Assembly: GCA_030390025.1 (NCBI GenBank) | Contig: CM059432.1 | Span: forward strand, 125,738,001-125,802,000 | DNA length: 64,000 nt | Direction of reading: 5' to 3' | Source: Squalus acanthias | Lineage: Eukaryota | Shown: positions 25,161 through 40,100 of the stretch, piece after piece | Layout: each line of letters begins with the position of its first letter | How positions within the stretch are numbered: position 1 is the first letter of the stretch | Notes under the pieces: generated by a model | What the model was told of the DNA's origin: nothing | The model's database searches: none | The model's input: only the letters and a program-made list of their open reading frames with translations | Program-made: the position numbers and the translations under genes

Positions 25161-28100
25161 GCAGTCTGTGTCTCTCCACTATTCAAATAGAGGTCTGTCT
25201 CTCTCCACTATTCAGATAGAGGTTTGTACCTCTCCACTATTCAGATAGAGGTCTGTACCTCTCCACTATTCAGATAGAGGTCTGTACCTCTCCACTAATC
25301 AGATCAAGGTCTGTCTCTCGCCACTATTCAGATAGAGGTCTGAACCTCTCAACTATTCAGATAGAGATCTGTCTCTCTCCACTATGCAGATAGAGGTCTG
25401 TGTCTCTCCACTATTGAGATAGAGGTCTGTCTCTCTCCACCAAACAGATAGAGATCTGTCTCTCTCCACTATTCAAACAGAGGTCTGTCTCTCTCCTCTA
25501 TTCAGATAGAGGTCTGAACCTCTAAACTATTCAGATAGAGGTCTGTCTCTCTCCACTATTCAGATAGATGTCTGTGCCTCTCTACGATTCAGCCAGAGGT
25601 CTGGCCCTCTCCACTATTCAGATATAGGTCTGTACCTCTCCACTATTTAACTGGTGATTAGTACCTCTCCACTAATCAGATAGAGGACTATCTCGCTCCA
25701 CTATTTAAATAGAGGTTTGTACTTCTCCACTATTCAGATAGAGGTCTGTCTCTCTCCACTATTCAGATAGAGGTCTGTCTCTCTCCAGTATTCAGATAGA
25801 GGTCCGCCTCTCTCCACTATTCAGATGGAGGTCTATACCGCTCCACTATTCAGATGGAGGTCTGTCTCTCTCCAGTATTTAAATAGAGGTCTGTCTCTCT
25901 CCACTATTCAGAGAGAGGTCTATATCGCTCCACTATTCAGATAGAGGTCTGTCTCTCTCCTCTATTAAGATAGAGGTCTGTCTCTCTCCACTATTCAGAT
26001 AAAGATCTGTACCTCTCCGCTATTCAGATAGAGGTCTGTACCTCTCCACTATTCAGATAGAGGTCTGTCTCTCTCCACTATTCAGATAGACGTCTATACC
26101 CCGACTATTCAGATAGAGGTCTGTCTCTCTCCACTATTCAGATGGAGGTCTGTGTCTCTCCACTATTCAAATAGATGTCTGTCTCTCTCCACTATTCAGA
26201 TAGAGGTCTCTCTCTCTCCACTATTCAGATAGAGGTCTGTCTCTCTCCACTATTCAGATAGAGGACTATCTCTCTCCACTATTTAAATAGAGGTTTGTAC
26301 CTCTCCACTATTCAGATAGAGGTCTGTCTCTCTCCACTATTCAGATAGAGGTCTGTCTCGCTCCACTATTCAGATAGAGGACTATCTCTCTCCACTATTT
26401 AAATAGAGGTTTGTACCTCTCCACTAATCAAATAGAGGTCTGTACCTCTCCGCTATTCAGATAGACGTTTGCACCTCTCCACTATTGAGATAGAGGTCTT
26501 TCTCTCTCCACTATTCAGATAGAGCTCTATGCCTCTCCACTATTCAGATAGAGGTCTGTCTCTCTCCACTATTCAGATAGAGGTCTGTACCTCTCCACTA
26601 TTCATATAGAGGTCAGTCCCTCTCCACTATTCATATAGCGGTCTGTCTCTCAACTATTCAGATAGATGTCTGTCTCTCCCCACAATTCAGATAGAGGTCT
26701 GTCTCTCTCCACTATTTAGATAGAGGTTTGAACCTCACCAATAATCAGATGGAGGTCTGGACCTCTCAACTATTCAGATAGACGTCTGTCTCTCTCTGCT
26801 ATTCAGATAGAGGTACATCTCCCTCCAGTTTTCAGATAGAGATCTGTCCCTCTCCTCTATTCAGATAGAGGTCTGTCTCTCTCCACTATTCATAGAGAGG
26901 TCTGTCTCTCTACACTATTTAGATCGAGGTTTGTACCTCTCCACTATTCAGATAGAGGTCTGTACCTCTCCACTATAAAGATAGAGGTCTGTGCCTCTGC
27001 ATGATTCAGCCAGAGGTCTGGCCCTCTCCACTATTCAGAAAAAGGTCCATACCTCGCCACTATTTAAGCAGAGGTTTGTACCTCTCCACTATTCAGATAG
27101 AGGACTATCACTCTCCACTATTTAAATAGATGTTTGTTCCTCTCCACTATTCAGATAGAGGTCTGTCTCTCTCCACTATTCAGATAGAGGTCTGTCTCTC
27201 TCCACTATTCAGATAGAGGTCTGTACCTCTCCACTATTCAGATAGAGGTCTGTCTCTCTCCACTATTCAGATAGAGGTCTGTCTCTCTCCACTATTCAGA
27301 TAGAGGTCTGTACCTCTCCACTATTCAGATAGAGGTCTGTACCTCTCCACTATTCAGATAGAGGTCTGTCTCTCTCCACTATTCAGATAGAGGTCTGTCC
27401 TCTCCACTATTCAGATAGAGGCCTGTGTCTCTCCACTATTCAGATAGAGGTCTGTCTCTCTCCACTATTCAGATAGAGGTCTGTCTCTCTCCATATTCAG
27501 ATAGAGGTCTGTCTCTCTCCACTATTCAGATGGAGTCTGTGTCTCTCCACTATTCAAATAGAGGTCTGTCTCTCTCCACTATTCAGATAGAGGTTTCTAC
27601 CTCTCCACTATTCAGATACAGGTCTGTACCTCTCCACTATTCAGATAGAGGTCTGTACCTCTCCACTAATCAGATAGAGGTCTGTCTCTCTCCACTATTC
27701 AGATAGAGGTCTGAACCTCTCAACTATTCAGATAGAGATCTGTCTCTCTCCACTATGCAGATAGAGGTCTGTGTCTCTCCACTATTGAGATAGAGGTCTG
27801 TCTCTCTCCACCAAACAGACAGAGGTCTGTCTCTCTCCAATATTCAGATAGAGGTCTGCACTTCTCCGCTATTCAGATAGAGGTCTGTCTCTCTCCACTA
27901 TTCAAACAGAGGTCTGTCTCTCTCCACTATTCAGATAGAGGTCTGTCTCTCTCCACTATTCAAACAGAGGTCTGTCTCTCTCCACTATTTAGATAGAGGT
28001 TTGTACTCTCCATTATTTAGATAGATGTCTGTCTCTCTCCACTATTCAGATGGAGGTCTGTGCCTCTCCACTATTCAGAAAGAGGTCTGAACCTCTCCAC

Positions 28101-31100
28101 TATTCAGATAGAGGTCTGTCTCTCTCAACTATTCAGATAGAGGTCTGAACCTCTCAACTATTCAGATAGAGGTCTGTCTCTCTCCACTATTCAGATAGAT
28201 GTCTGTGCCTCTCCACGATTCAGCCAGAGGTCTGGCCCTCTCCACTATTCAGATATAGGTCTGTACCTCTCCACTATTTAAATAGAGGTTTGTACCTCTC
28301 CACTATTCCGATAGAGGAATATCTCTCTTCACTATTTAAATAGAGGTTTGTACCTCTCCACTATTCAGATAGAGGTCTGTCTCTCTCCAGTATTCAGATA
28401 GAGGTCCACCTCCCTCCACTATTTAAATTGAGGTCTGTACCTCTCCGCTATTCAGATAGAGGTCTGTACCTCTCCACTATTCAGATAGAGGTCTGTCTCT
28501 CTCCACTATTCAGATAGACGTCTATACCCCTCCACTATTCAGATAGAGGTCTGTCTCTCTCCACTATTCAGATGGTGGTCTGTGTCTCTCCACTATTCAA
28601 ATAGATGTCTGTCTATCTCCACTATTCAGATAGAGGACTATCTCTCTCCACTATTCAGATAGAGGTCTGTCTCTCTCCACTATTGAGATAGAGGACTATC
28701 TCTCTCCACTATTTAAATAGAGGTTTCTACCTCTCCACTATTCAGATAGACGTTTGCACCTCTCCACTATTCAGATAGAGGTCTGTCTCTCTCCACTATT
28801 CAGATAGAGGTCTATGCCTCTCCACTATTCAGATAGAGGTCTGTCTCTCTCCACTATTCAGATAGAGGTCTGTACCTCTCCACTATTCAGATAGAGGTCA
28901 GTCCCTCTCCACTATTCATATTGGGGTCTTTCTCTCGACTATTCAGATAGAGGTCTGTCTCTCCCCACAGTTCAGATAGAGGTCTGTCTCTCTCCACTAT
29001 TAAGATACAGGTTTGAACCTCTCCAATATTCAGATAGAGGTCTGTGCCTCTCCACTATTCAGATAGAGGTCTGTCTCTCTCGACTATTCAGATAGAGATC
29101 TGTATCTCTCCACTATTCAGATAGAGGTCTGTACCTCTCCACTATTCAGATCGGGGTCTGTACCTCTCCACTATTCAGATAGAGGTCTGTCTCTCTCCAC
29201 TATTCAGAGAGAGGGCTGTCTCTCTCTACTATTCAGATGGAGATCTATACCCCTCCACTATTCAGATAGAGGTCTATACCCCTCCACTATTCAGACATAG
29301 GTCTGTCTCTCTCCACTATTCAGATAGAGGTCTGTACCTCTCCACTATTCAGATAGAGGTCTGTCTCTCTCCACTATTCAGATAGAGGTCTGTCTGTCTC
29401 CACTATTCAGATAGACGTCTATACCCCTCCACTATTCAGATAGAGGTCTGTCTCACTCCACTATTCAGAGAGAGGTCTGTCTCTCTCCACTATTCAGATG
29501 GAGGTCTATACCCCTCCACTATTCAGATAGAAGTCTGCCTCTCTCCTCTATTCAGATAGAGGTCTATACCCCTGCACTATTCAGATATAGGTCTGTCTCT
29601 CTCCACTATTCAGATAGAGGTCTGTACCTCTCCACTATTCAGATAGAGGCCTGTGTCTCTCCACTATTCAAATAGAGGTCTGTCTCTCTCCACTATTCAG
29701 ATAGAGGTCTGTACCTCTCCATATTCAGATAGAGGTCTGTCTCTCTCCACTATTCAGATGGCAGTCTGTGTCTCTCCACTATTCAAATAGAGGTCTGTCT
29801 CTCTCCACTATTCAGATAGAGTTTTATACCTCTCCACTATTCAGATAGAGGTCTGTGTCTCTCCACTATTCAGATAGAGGTCTGAACCTCTCAACTATTC
29901 AGATAGAGATCTGTCTCTCTCCACTATGCAGATAGAGGTCTGTGTCTCTCCACTATTGAGATAGATGTCTGTCTCTCTCCACTATTCAGATAGAGGTCTA
30001 TGCATCTCCACTATTCAGATAGAGGTCTGTCTCTCTCCACTATTCAGATAGAGGTCTGTACCTCTCCACTATTCAGATAGAGGTCTGTCCCTCTCCACTA
30101 TTCAGATAGAGGTCTGTCTCTCTCCACTATTCAGACAGAGGTCTGTCTCTCTCCACTATTTAGATAGAGGTTTGTACTCTCCATTATTTAGATAGATGTC
30201 TGTCTCGCTCCACTATTCAAACAGAGGTCTGTGCCTCTCCACTATTCAGAAAGAGGTCTGAACCTCTCCACTATTCAGATAGAGGTCTGTCTCTCTCAAC
30301 TATTCAGATAGAGGTCTGAAACTCTCAACTATTCAGATAGAGGTCTGTCTCTCTCCACTATTCAGATAGATGTCTGTGTCTCTCCACCATTCAGCCAGAC
30401 GTCTGGCCCTCTCCACTATTCAGATATAGGTCTGTACCTCTCCACTATTTAAATAGAGGTTTGTACCTCTCCACTATTCAGATAGAGGACTATCTCTCTC
30501 CACTATTTAAATAGAGGTTTGTACCTCTCCACTATTCAGATAGAGGTCTGTCTCTCTCCAGTATTCAGATAGAGGTCCGCCTCTCTCCACTATTCAGATA
30601 GAGGTCTGTACCTCTCCACTATTCAGATAGAGGTCTGTACCTCTCCACTATTCAGATAGAGGTCTGTCTCTCTCCACTATTCAGATAGACGTCTATACCC
30701 CTCCACTATTCAGATAGAGGTCTGTCTCTCTCCACTATTCAGATGGTGGTCTGTGTCTCTCCACTATTCAAATAGATGTCTGTCTCTCTCCACTATTCAG
30801 ATAGAGGTCTGTCTCTCTCCACTATTCAGATAGAGGACTATCTCTCTCCACTATTTAAATAGAGGTTTGTACCTCTACACTATTCAGATAGAGGTCTGTC
30901 TCTCTTCACTATTCAGATAGAGGTCTGTCTCGCTCCACTATTCAGATAGAGGACTATCTCTCTCCTCTATTTAAATAGAGGGTTGTACCTCTCCACTATT
31001 CAAATAGAGGTCTGTCTCTCTCCACTATTCAGATAGAGGTCTGTACCTCTCCGCTATTCAGATAGACGTTTGCACCTCTCCACTATTCAGATAGAGGTCT

Positions 31101-34100
31101 GTCTCTCTCCACTATTCAGATAGAGGTCTATGCATCTCCACTATTCAGATAGAGGTCTGTCTCTCTCCACTATTCAGATAGAGGTCTGTACCTCTCCACT
31201 ATTCAGATAGAGGTCTGTCCCTCTCCACTATTCATATTGAGGTCTTTCTCTCAACTATTCAGATAGAGGTCTGTCTCTCCCCACAATTCAGATAGAGGTC
31301 TGTCTCTCTCCACTATTAAGATAGAGGTTTGAACCTCTCCAATATTCAGATAGAGGTATGTGCCTCTCCACTATTCAGATAGAGGTCTGTCTCACTCCAC
31401 TATTCAGATAGAGGTCTGTATCTCTCCACTATTCAGATAGAGGTCTGTACCTCTCCACTATTCAGATAGAGGTCTGTCCCTCTCCACTATTCATATTGAG
31501 GTCTTTCTCTCAACTATTCAGATAGAGGTCTGTCTCTCTCCACAATTCAGATAGAGGTCTGTCTCTCTCCACTATTAAGATAGAGGTTTGAACCTCTCCA
31601 ATATTCAGATAGAGGTCTGTGCCTCTCCACTATTCAGATAGAGGTCTGTGCCTCTCCACTATTCAGATAGAGGACTGTCTCTCTCCACTATTCAGATAGA
31701 GGTCTGTCTCTCTCATCTATTCAGATAGAGGGCTGTCTCTCTCCACAATTCAGATATAGGGGTGTCTCTCTCCACTATTCAGATAGAGGTCTGAACCTTT
31801 CAACTATTCAGATAGAGGTCTGTCTCTCTCATCTATTCAGATAGAGGCCTGTCTCTCTCCACAATTCAGATATAGGGGTGTCTCTCTCCACTATTCAGAT
31901 AGAGGTCTGTCTCTCGCCTCTATTCAGATAGAGGTCTGTCTCTCTCCACTATTCAGATAGAGATGTGTCTCTCTCCACTATTCAGATAGATGTCTGTCCC
32001 TGCCCACTATTCAGATAGAGGTCTGTCCCTCACCACAACTCAGATAGAGCTCTGTCTCTCTCCACTATTCAAATAGAGGTGTGTCTCTCTCCACTATTCA
32101 GATCGAGGTCTGTCCCTGTCCACTATTCAGATAGAGGTCTGTCCCTCACCACAACTCAGATAGAGGTCTGTCTCTCTCCTCTATTCAGATAGAGGTCTGT
32201 CTCTCTCCACTATTCAGATAGAAGTCTGTTTCTCTCCACTATTCAGAATGAGGTCTGTCTCTCTTTACTATTCAAATAGAGGTGTGTACCTCTCCACTAT
32301 TCAGAGAGAGGTCTGTCTCTCTCCACTATTCAGATAGAGGTCAGTGCCTCTCCACTATTCAGATAGAGGTCTGTGTCTCTCCACTATTCAGATAGAGGTC
32401 AGTGCCTCTCCACTATTCAGATAGAGGTCTGTCTCTCTCCATTATTCAGAGAGAGGTCTGTCTCTCTCCACTATTCAGATAGAGGTCAGTGCCTCTCCAC
32501 TATTCAGATAGAGGTCTGTGTCTCTCCACTATTCAGATAGAGGTCAGTGCCTCTCCACTATTCAGATAGAGGTCTGTCTCTCTCCACTATTCAGATAGAG
32601 GTCTGTCTCTCTCCACTATTCAGATAGAGGTCTGTGTCTCTCCACTCATCAGATAGAGATCTGTCTCTCTCCACTATTCAGATAGAGGTCTGTCTCTCTC
32701 CTCCATTCAGGTAGAGGTCTGTCTCTCTCCACTATTCAGATCGAGGTCTGTCCCTGTCCGCTATTCAGATAGAGGTCTGTCCCTCACCACAACTCAGATA
32801 GAGGTCTGTCTCTCTCCTCTATTCAGATAGAGGTCTGTCTCTCTCCACTATTCAGATAGAAGTCTGTCTCTCTACACTATTCAGATAGAGGTCTGTTTCT
32901 CTCCACGATTCAGAATGAGGTCTGTCTCTCTCTACTATTCAAATAGAGGTGTGCACCTCTCCACTATTCAGAGAGAGGTCTGTCTCTCTCCTCCATTCAG
33001 GTAGAGGTCTGTCTCTCTCCACTATTCAGATAGAGGTCTGTCTCTCTCCACTATTCAGATAGATTACTGTCCCTCTCCACTATTCAGATAGAGGTCTGTG
33101 TCTCTCCACTATTCAGATAGAGGTCTGTCCCTCTTCTCCATTCAGGTAGAGGTCTGTCTCTCTCCAGTATTCAGATAGATGTCTGTCCCTCTCCACTATT
33201 CAGATAGAGGTCTGACTCTCTCCTCTATTCAGATAGAGGTCTGGCCCTCTCCACTATTCAGATAGAGGTCTAACTCTCTCCTCTATTCAGATAGAGGTCT
33301 GTGCCTCTCCACTATTCAGATAGAGGTCTGTCTCTCTCCACTATTCAGATAGAGGTCTGTGTCTCTCCACTATTCAGATAGAGGTCTGTGCCTCTCCACT
33401 ATTCAGATAGAGGACTGTCTCTCTCCACTATTCAGACAGTCTGCCTCTCTCCACTATTCAGATAGAGGTCAATGCCTCTCCACTATTCAGATAGAGATCG
33501 GTCTCTCTCCACTATTCAGATAGAGGTCTGTTCCTCTCCACTATTCAGATAGAGGTCTGTCTCTCTCCACTATTCAGATAAAGATGTATCTCTCCACTAT
33601 TCAGATAGAGGTCTGTGCCTCTCCACTATTCAGATAGAGGTCTGTCTCTCTCCACTATTCAGATAGAGATGTATCTCTCCACTATTCAGGTAGAGGACTG
33701 TCTCTCTCCACTATTTCAATAGAGGTTTGTACCTCTCCACTATTCAGATAGATGTCTGTCCCTCTTCACTATTCAGATAGAGGTCTGTGCCTCTCCACTA
33801 TTCAGATAGAGGTCTGTCTCTCTCCACTATTCAGATAGCGGTCTGAACCTCTCCACTATTCAGACAGAGGTCTGTCTCTCTCCACTGTTCAGAATGAGGT
33901 CTGTCTCTCTCCATTATTCAGATAGATGCCTGTCTCTCTCCACTATTCAGATAGAGGTCTGTCTCTCTCCACAATTCAGATAGAGGACTGTCTCTCTCCA
34001 CTATTCAGATAGCCGTCTGTCTCTCTCCATTATTCAGATAGATGTCTGTCTCTCTCCACTATTCAGATAGAGGTCTGAACCTCTCTACTATTCATATACA

Positions 34101-37100
34101 AGTCTGTGCCTCTCCACTATTCAGATAGAGGTCTGTCTCTCTCCACTATTTAGATAGAGATCTGTCTCTCTCCACTATTCAGATAGAGGTCTGTCTCTCT
34201 CCACTATTCAGAAAGTTTACTGTCCCTCTCCACTATTCAGATAGAGGTCTGTCTCTCTCCATTATGCAGATAGATGTCTGTCCCTCTCCACTATTGAGAT
34301 AGAGGTCTGTCTCTCTCCACTATTCAGATAGAGGTCAGTCTCTCTCAACTATTCAGATAGATGTCTGTCCCTCTCCACTATTGAGATAGAGGTCTGTCGC
34401 TCTCCATTATTCAGATAGAGGTCTGTCTCTCGCCTCTATTCAGATAGAGGTCTGTCTCTCTCCACTATTCAGATAGAGATGTATCTCTCTCCACTATTTA
34501 GATAGAGGTCTGTCCCTGCCAATTATTAAGATAGAGGTCTGCCCTCACCAGAACTCAGATAGAGCTCTGTCTCTCTCCACTATTCAATTCGAGGTGTGTC
34601 TCTCTCCACTATTCAGATCGAGGTCTGTCCCTGTCCACTATTCAGATAGAGGTCTGTCCCTCACCACAACTCAGATAGAGGTCTGTCTCTCTCCTCTATT
34701 CAGATAGAGGTCTGTCTCTCTCCACTATTCAGATAGAGGTCTGTCTCTCTCCACTATTCAGATAGAGGTCTGTTTCTCACCACAACTCAGATAGAGCTCT
34801 GTCTCTCTCCACTATTCAATTCGAGGTGTGTCTCTCTCCACTATTCAGATCGAGGTCTGTCCCTGTCCACTGTTCAGATAGAGGTCTGTCCCTCACCACA
34901 ACTCAGATAGAGGTCTGTCTCTCTCCTCTATTCAGATAGAGGTCTGTCTCTCTCCACTATTCAGATGGAGGTCTGTCTCTCTCCACTATTCAGAAAGATT
35001 ACTGTCCCTCTCCACTATTGAGATAGAGGTCTGTCTCTCTCCACTATTCAGATAGAGGTCAGTCTCTCTCAACTATTCAGATAGATGTCTGTCCCTCTCC
35101 ACTATTGAGATAGAGCTCTGTCTCTCTCCACTATTCAGATAGAGGACTGTCTCTCTCCACTATTTTGATAGAGGTTTGTACCTCTCCACGATTCAGATAG
35201 AAGTCTGTCTCTCTCCATTATTCAGATAGAGGTCTGTCTCTCGCCTCTATTCAGATAGAGGTCTGTCTCTCTCCACTATTCAGATAGAGGTCTGTCTCTC
35301 GCCTCTATTCAGATAGAGGTCTGTCTCTCTCCACTATTCAGATAGAGATGCATCTCTCTCCACTATTCAGATAGAGGTCTGTTCTCTCCACTATTTAGAT
35401 AGAGATCTGTCTCTCTCCACTATTCAGATAGAGGTCAGTCTCTCTCCACTATTCAGATAGAGGTCTGTGCCTCTCCACTATTCAGATAGAGGTCTGTCTC
35501 TCTCTACTATTCAGATAGAGGTCTGTGCCTCTCCACTATTCAGATAGAGGTCTGTCTCTCTCCACTATTCAGATAGAGGTCTGTGCCTCTCTCAACTATT
35601 CAGATAGAGGTCTGTGCCTCTACACTATTCAGATAGAGGTCTGTGTCTCTCCACTCATCAGATAGAGATCTGTCTCTCTCCACTATTCAGATAGTCTGTC
35701 TCTCTCCACTATTCAGATAGAGGTCTGTGCCTCTCCACTATTCAGATAGAGGTCTGTGCCTCTCTCAACTATTCAGATAGAGGTCTGTGCCTCTCCACTA
35801 TTCAGATAGAGGTCTGAACCTTTCAACTATTCAGATAGAGGTCTGTCTCTCTCATCTATTCAGATAGAGGTCTGTCTCTCTCCACTATTCAGATAGAGGT
35901 CTGTCTCTCGCCTCTATTCAGATAGAGGTCTGTCTCTCTCCACTATTCAGATAGAGGTCTGTCTCTCTCCACTATTCAGATCGAGGTCTGTCCCTGTCCA
36001 CTATTCAGATAGAGGTCTGTCCCTCACCACAACTCAGATAGAGGTCTGTCTCTCTCCTCTATTCAGATAGAGGTCTGTCTCTCTCCACTATTCAGATGGA
36101 GGTCTGTCTCTCTCCACTATTCAGATAGATTACTGTCCCTCTCCACTATTCAGATAGAGGTCTGTCTCTCTCCATTGTGCAGATAGATGTCTGTCCCTCT
36201 CCACTATTGAGATAGAGGTCTGTCTCTCTCCACTATTCAGATAGAGGTCAGTCTCTCTCAACTATTCAGATAGATGTCTGTCCCTCTCCACTATTTAGAT
36301 AGAGGTCTGTCCCTGCCCACTATTCAGATAGAGGTCTGTCCCTCACCACAACTCAGATAGAGGTCTGTCTCTCTCCACTATTCAATTCGAGGTGTGTCTC
36401 TCTCCACTATTCAGATCGAGGTCTGTCCCTGTCCACTATTCAGATAGAGGTCTGTCCCTCACCACAACTCAGATAGAGGTCTGTCTCTCTCCTCTATTCA
36501 GATAGAGGTCTGTCTCTCTCCACTATTCAGATAGAGGTCTGTCTCTCTCCACTATTCAGATAGAGGAATGTCCCTCACCACAACTCAGATAGAGCTCTGT
36601 CTCTCTCCACTATTCAATTCGAGGTCTGTCTCTCTCCACTATTCAGATAGAGGTCTGTCCTCTCCACTATTCAGATAGAGGTCTGTCTCTCTCCTCTATT
36701 CAGATAGAGGTCTGTCTCTCTCCACTATTCAGATAGAGGTCTGTCTCTCTCCACTATTCAGATAGAGGTCTGTCCCTCTCCACTATTCAGATAGAGGTCT
36801 GTCTCTCTCCACTATTCAGATAGAGGTCTGTCTCTCTCCACTATTCAGATAGAGGTCTGTCTCTCTCCACTATTCAGATAGAGGTCTGTCTCTCTCCACT
36901 ATTCAGATAGAGGTCTGTCTCTCTCCACTATTCAGATAGAGGTCTGTCTCTCTCCACTATTCAGATAGAGGTCTGTCTCTCTCCACTATTCAGATAGAGG
37001 TCTGTCTCTCTCCACTATTCAGATAGAGGTCTGTCTCTCTCCACTATTCAGATAGAGGTCTGTCTCTCTCCACTATTCAGATAGAGGTCTGTCTCTCTCC

Positions 37101-40100
37101 ACTATTCAGATAGAGGTCTGTCTCTGTCCACTATTCAGATAGATGTCTGTCCCTCACCACAACTCAGATAGAGGTCTGTCTCTCTCCACTATTCAGATAG
37201 AGGAATGTCCCTCACCACAACTCAGATAGAGCTCTGTCTCTCTCCACTATTCAATTCGAGGTGTGTCTCTCTCCACTATTCAGATCGAGGTCTGTCCCTC
37301 ACCACAACTCAGATAGAGGTCTGTCTCTCTCCTCTATTCAGATAGAGGTCTGTCTCTCTCCACTATTCAGATAGAGGTCTGTCTCTCTCCACTATTCAGA
37401 TAGAGGAATGCCCCTCACCACTACTCAGATAGAGCTCTGTCTCTCTCCACTATTCAATTCGAGGTGTGTCTCTCTCCACTATTCAGATCGAGGTCTGTCC
37501 CTGTCCACTATTCAGATAGAGGTCTGTCCCTCACCACAACTCAGATAGAGGTCTGTCTCTCTCCTCTATTCAGATAGAGGTCTGTCTCTCTCCACTATTC
37601 AGATAGAGGTCTGTCTCTCTCCACTATTCAGATAGAGGTCTGTTTCTCTCCACTATTCAGAATGAGGTCTGTCTCTCTCCACTATTCAAATAGAGGTCTG
37701 TACCTCTCCACTATTCAGAGAGAGGTCTGTCTCTCTCCACTATTCAAATAGAGGTCTGTGCCTCTCCACTATTCAGATAGAGGTCTGTGTATCTCCACTA
37801 TTCAGATAGAGGTCAGTGCCTCTCCACTATTCAGATAGAGGTCTGTCTCTCTCCACTATTCAGATAGAGGTCTGTGTCTCTCCACTCATCAGATAGAGAT
37901 CTGTCTCTCTCTACTATTCAGATAGAGGTCTGTCTCTCTCTTCCATTCAGGTAGAGGTCTGTCTCTCTCCACTATTCAGATAGATGTCTGTCTCTCTCCA
38001 CTATTCAGATGGAGGTCTGTCTCTCTCCACTATTGAGATAGAGTTCTGTCTCTCTCCACTATTCAGATAGAGGACTGTCTCTCTCCACTATTTTGATAGA
38101 GGTTTGTACCTCTCCACTATTCAGATAGAAGTCTGTCTCTCTCCATTATTCAGATAGATGTCTGTCTCTCTCCACTATTCAGATAGAGGTCTGTCCCTCA
38201 CCACAACTCAGATAGAGGTCTGTCTCTCTCCTCCATTCAGTTAGAGGTCTGTCTCTCTCCACTATTCAGATAGAGGTCTGTCTCTCTCCTCCATTCAGTT
38301 AGAGGTCTGTCTCTCTCCACTATAGAGATAGAGGTCTGTCTCTCTCCACAATTCAGATAGATGTCTGTCCCTCTCCACTATTGAGATAGATGACTGTCTC
38401 TCTCCACTATTCAGATAGTCTGTCTCTCTCAACTATTCAGATAGAGGTCTGTGCCTCTCCACTATTCAGATAGAGGTCTGTCTCTCTCCACTATTCAGAT
38501 AGAGGTCTGTGCCTCTCATCTCTATTCAGATAGAGGTCTGTGCCTCTCCACTATTCAGATAGAGTTCTGAACCTTTCAACTATTCAGATAGAGGTCTGTC
38601 TCTCTCATCTATTCAGATAGAGGCCTGTCTCTCCAGTATTCAGATAGAGGTGTGTCTCTCTCCACTATTCAGATAGAGGTCTGTCTCTCGCCTCTATTCA
38701 GATAGAGGTCTGTCTCTCTCCACTATTCAGATAGAGATGTATCTCTCTCCACTATTTTGAAAGAGGTCTCTCGCTGCCCACTATTCAGATAGAGGTCTGT
38801 CACTCGCCACAACTCAGATAGAGCTCTGTCTCTCTCCACTATTCAAATGGAGGTGTGTCTCTCCCCACTATTCAGAGCGAGGTCTGTCCCTGTCCACTAT
38901 TTAGATAGACGTCTGTCCCTCACCACAACTCAGATAGAGGTCTGTCTCTCTCCACTATCTATTCAAATAGAGGTCTGTGCCTCTCCACTATTCAGATAGA
39001 GGTCTGTCTCTCTCCACTATACAGATAGAGGTCTGTTTCTCTCCACTATTCAGAATGAGGTCTGTGCCTCACCACTATTCAGATAGAGGTCTGTGTAACT
39101 CCACTATTCAGATAGAGGTCAGTGCCTCTCCACTATTCAGATAGAGGTCTGTCTCTCTCCATTATTCAGATAGAGGTCTGTGTCTCTCCACTCATCAGAT
39201 AGAGATCTGTCTCTCTCTACTATTCAGATAGAGGTCTGACTCTCTCCTCCATTCAGGTAGAAGTCTGTCTCTCTCCACTATTCAGAAAGAGGTCTGTCTC
39301 TCTCCACTATTCAGATAGAGGTCTGTCTCTCTCAACTATTCAGGTAGTTGTCTGTCCCTCTCCACTATTGAGATAGAGGTCGGTCTCTCTCCACTATTCT
39401 GATAGAGGACTGTCTCTCTCCACTATTTAGATAGAGGTTTGTACCTCTCCACTATTCAGATAGAAGTCTGTCCCTCTCCATTATTCGGATAGATGTCTAT
39501 CTCTCTCCACTATTCAGATAGAGGTCTGTCTCTCTCCACTATTCAGATAGAGGTCTGTCTCTCTCCACTATTCAGATAGAGGTCTGTGCCTCTCCACTAT
39601 TCAGATAGAGGTCTGTCTCTCTCCACTATTCAGATAGAGGTCTGTCCCTCTCCACTATTCAGATAGAGGTCTGTCTCTCTCCACTATTCAGATAGAGGTC
39701 TGTCTCTCTCCACTATTCAGATAGAGGACTGTCCCTCACCACTATTCAGATAGAGGTCTGAACCTCTCAACTATTCAGATAGATGTCTGTCTCTCTCCAC
39801 TATTCAGATAGAGGTCTGTGTCTCTCCACTATTCAGATAGACGTCTGTCTCTCTCCACTATTCAGATAGAGGTCTGTCCCTCAACGCTATTCAGATAGAG
39901 GTCTGTCTCTCTCCACAATTCAGATAGATGTCTGTCCCTCTCCACTATTGAGATAGATGACTGTCTCTCTCCACTATTCAGATAGTCTGTCTCTCTCAAC
40001 TATTCAGATAGAGGTCTGTGCCTCTCCACTATTCAGATAGAGGTCTGTCTCTCTCCACTATTCAGATAGAGGTCTGTGCCTCTCGTCTCTATTCAGATAG

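Noticed and set aside
24400..25248. ORFs spanning the N run
   Set aside because: Artefacts of the assembly gap.
27425..27706. Short ORFs in the satellite (also 42514-42714)
   Set aside because: The 29-bp period cycles frames and a TAG recurs every 87 bp. These ORFs arise only from chance variants.
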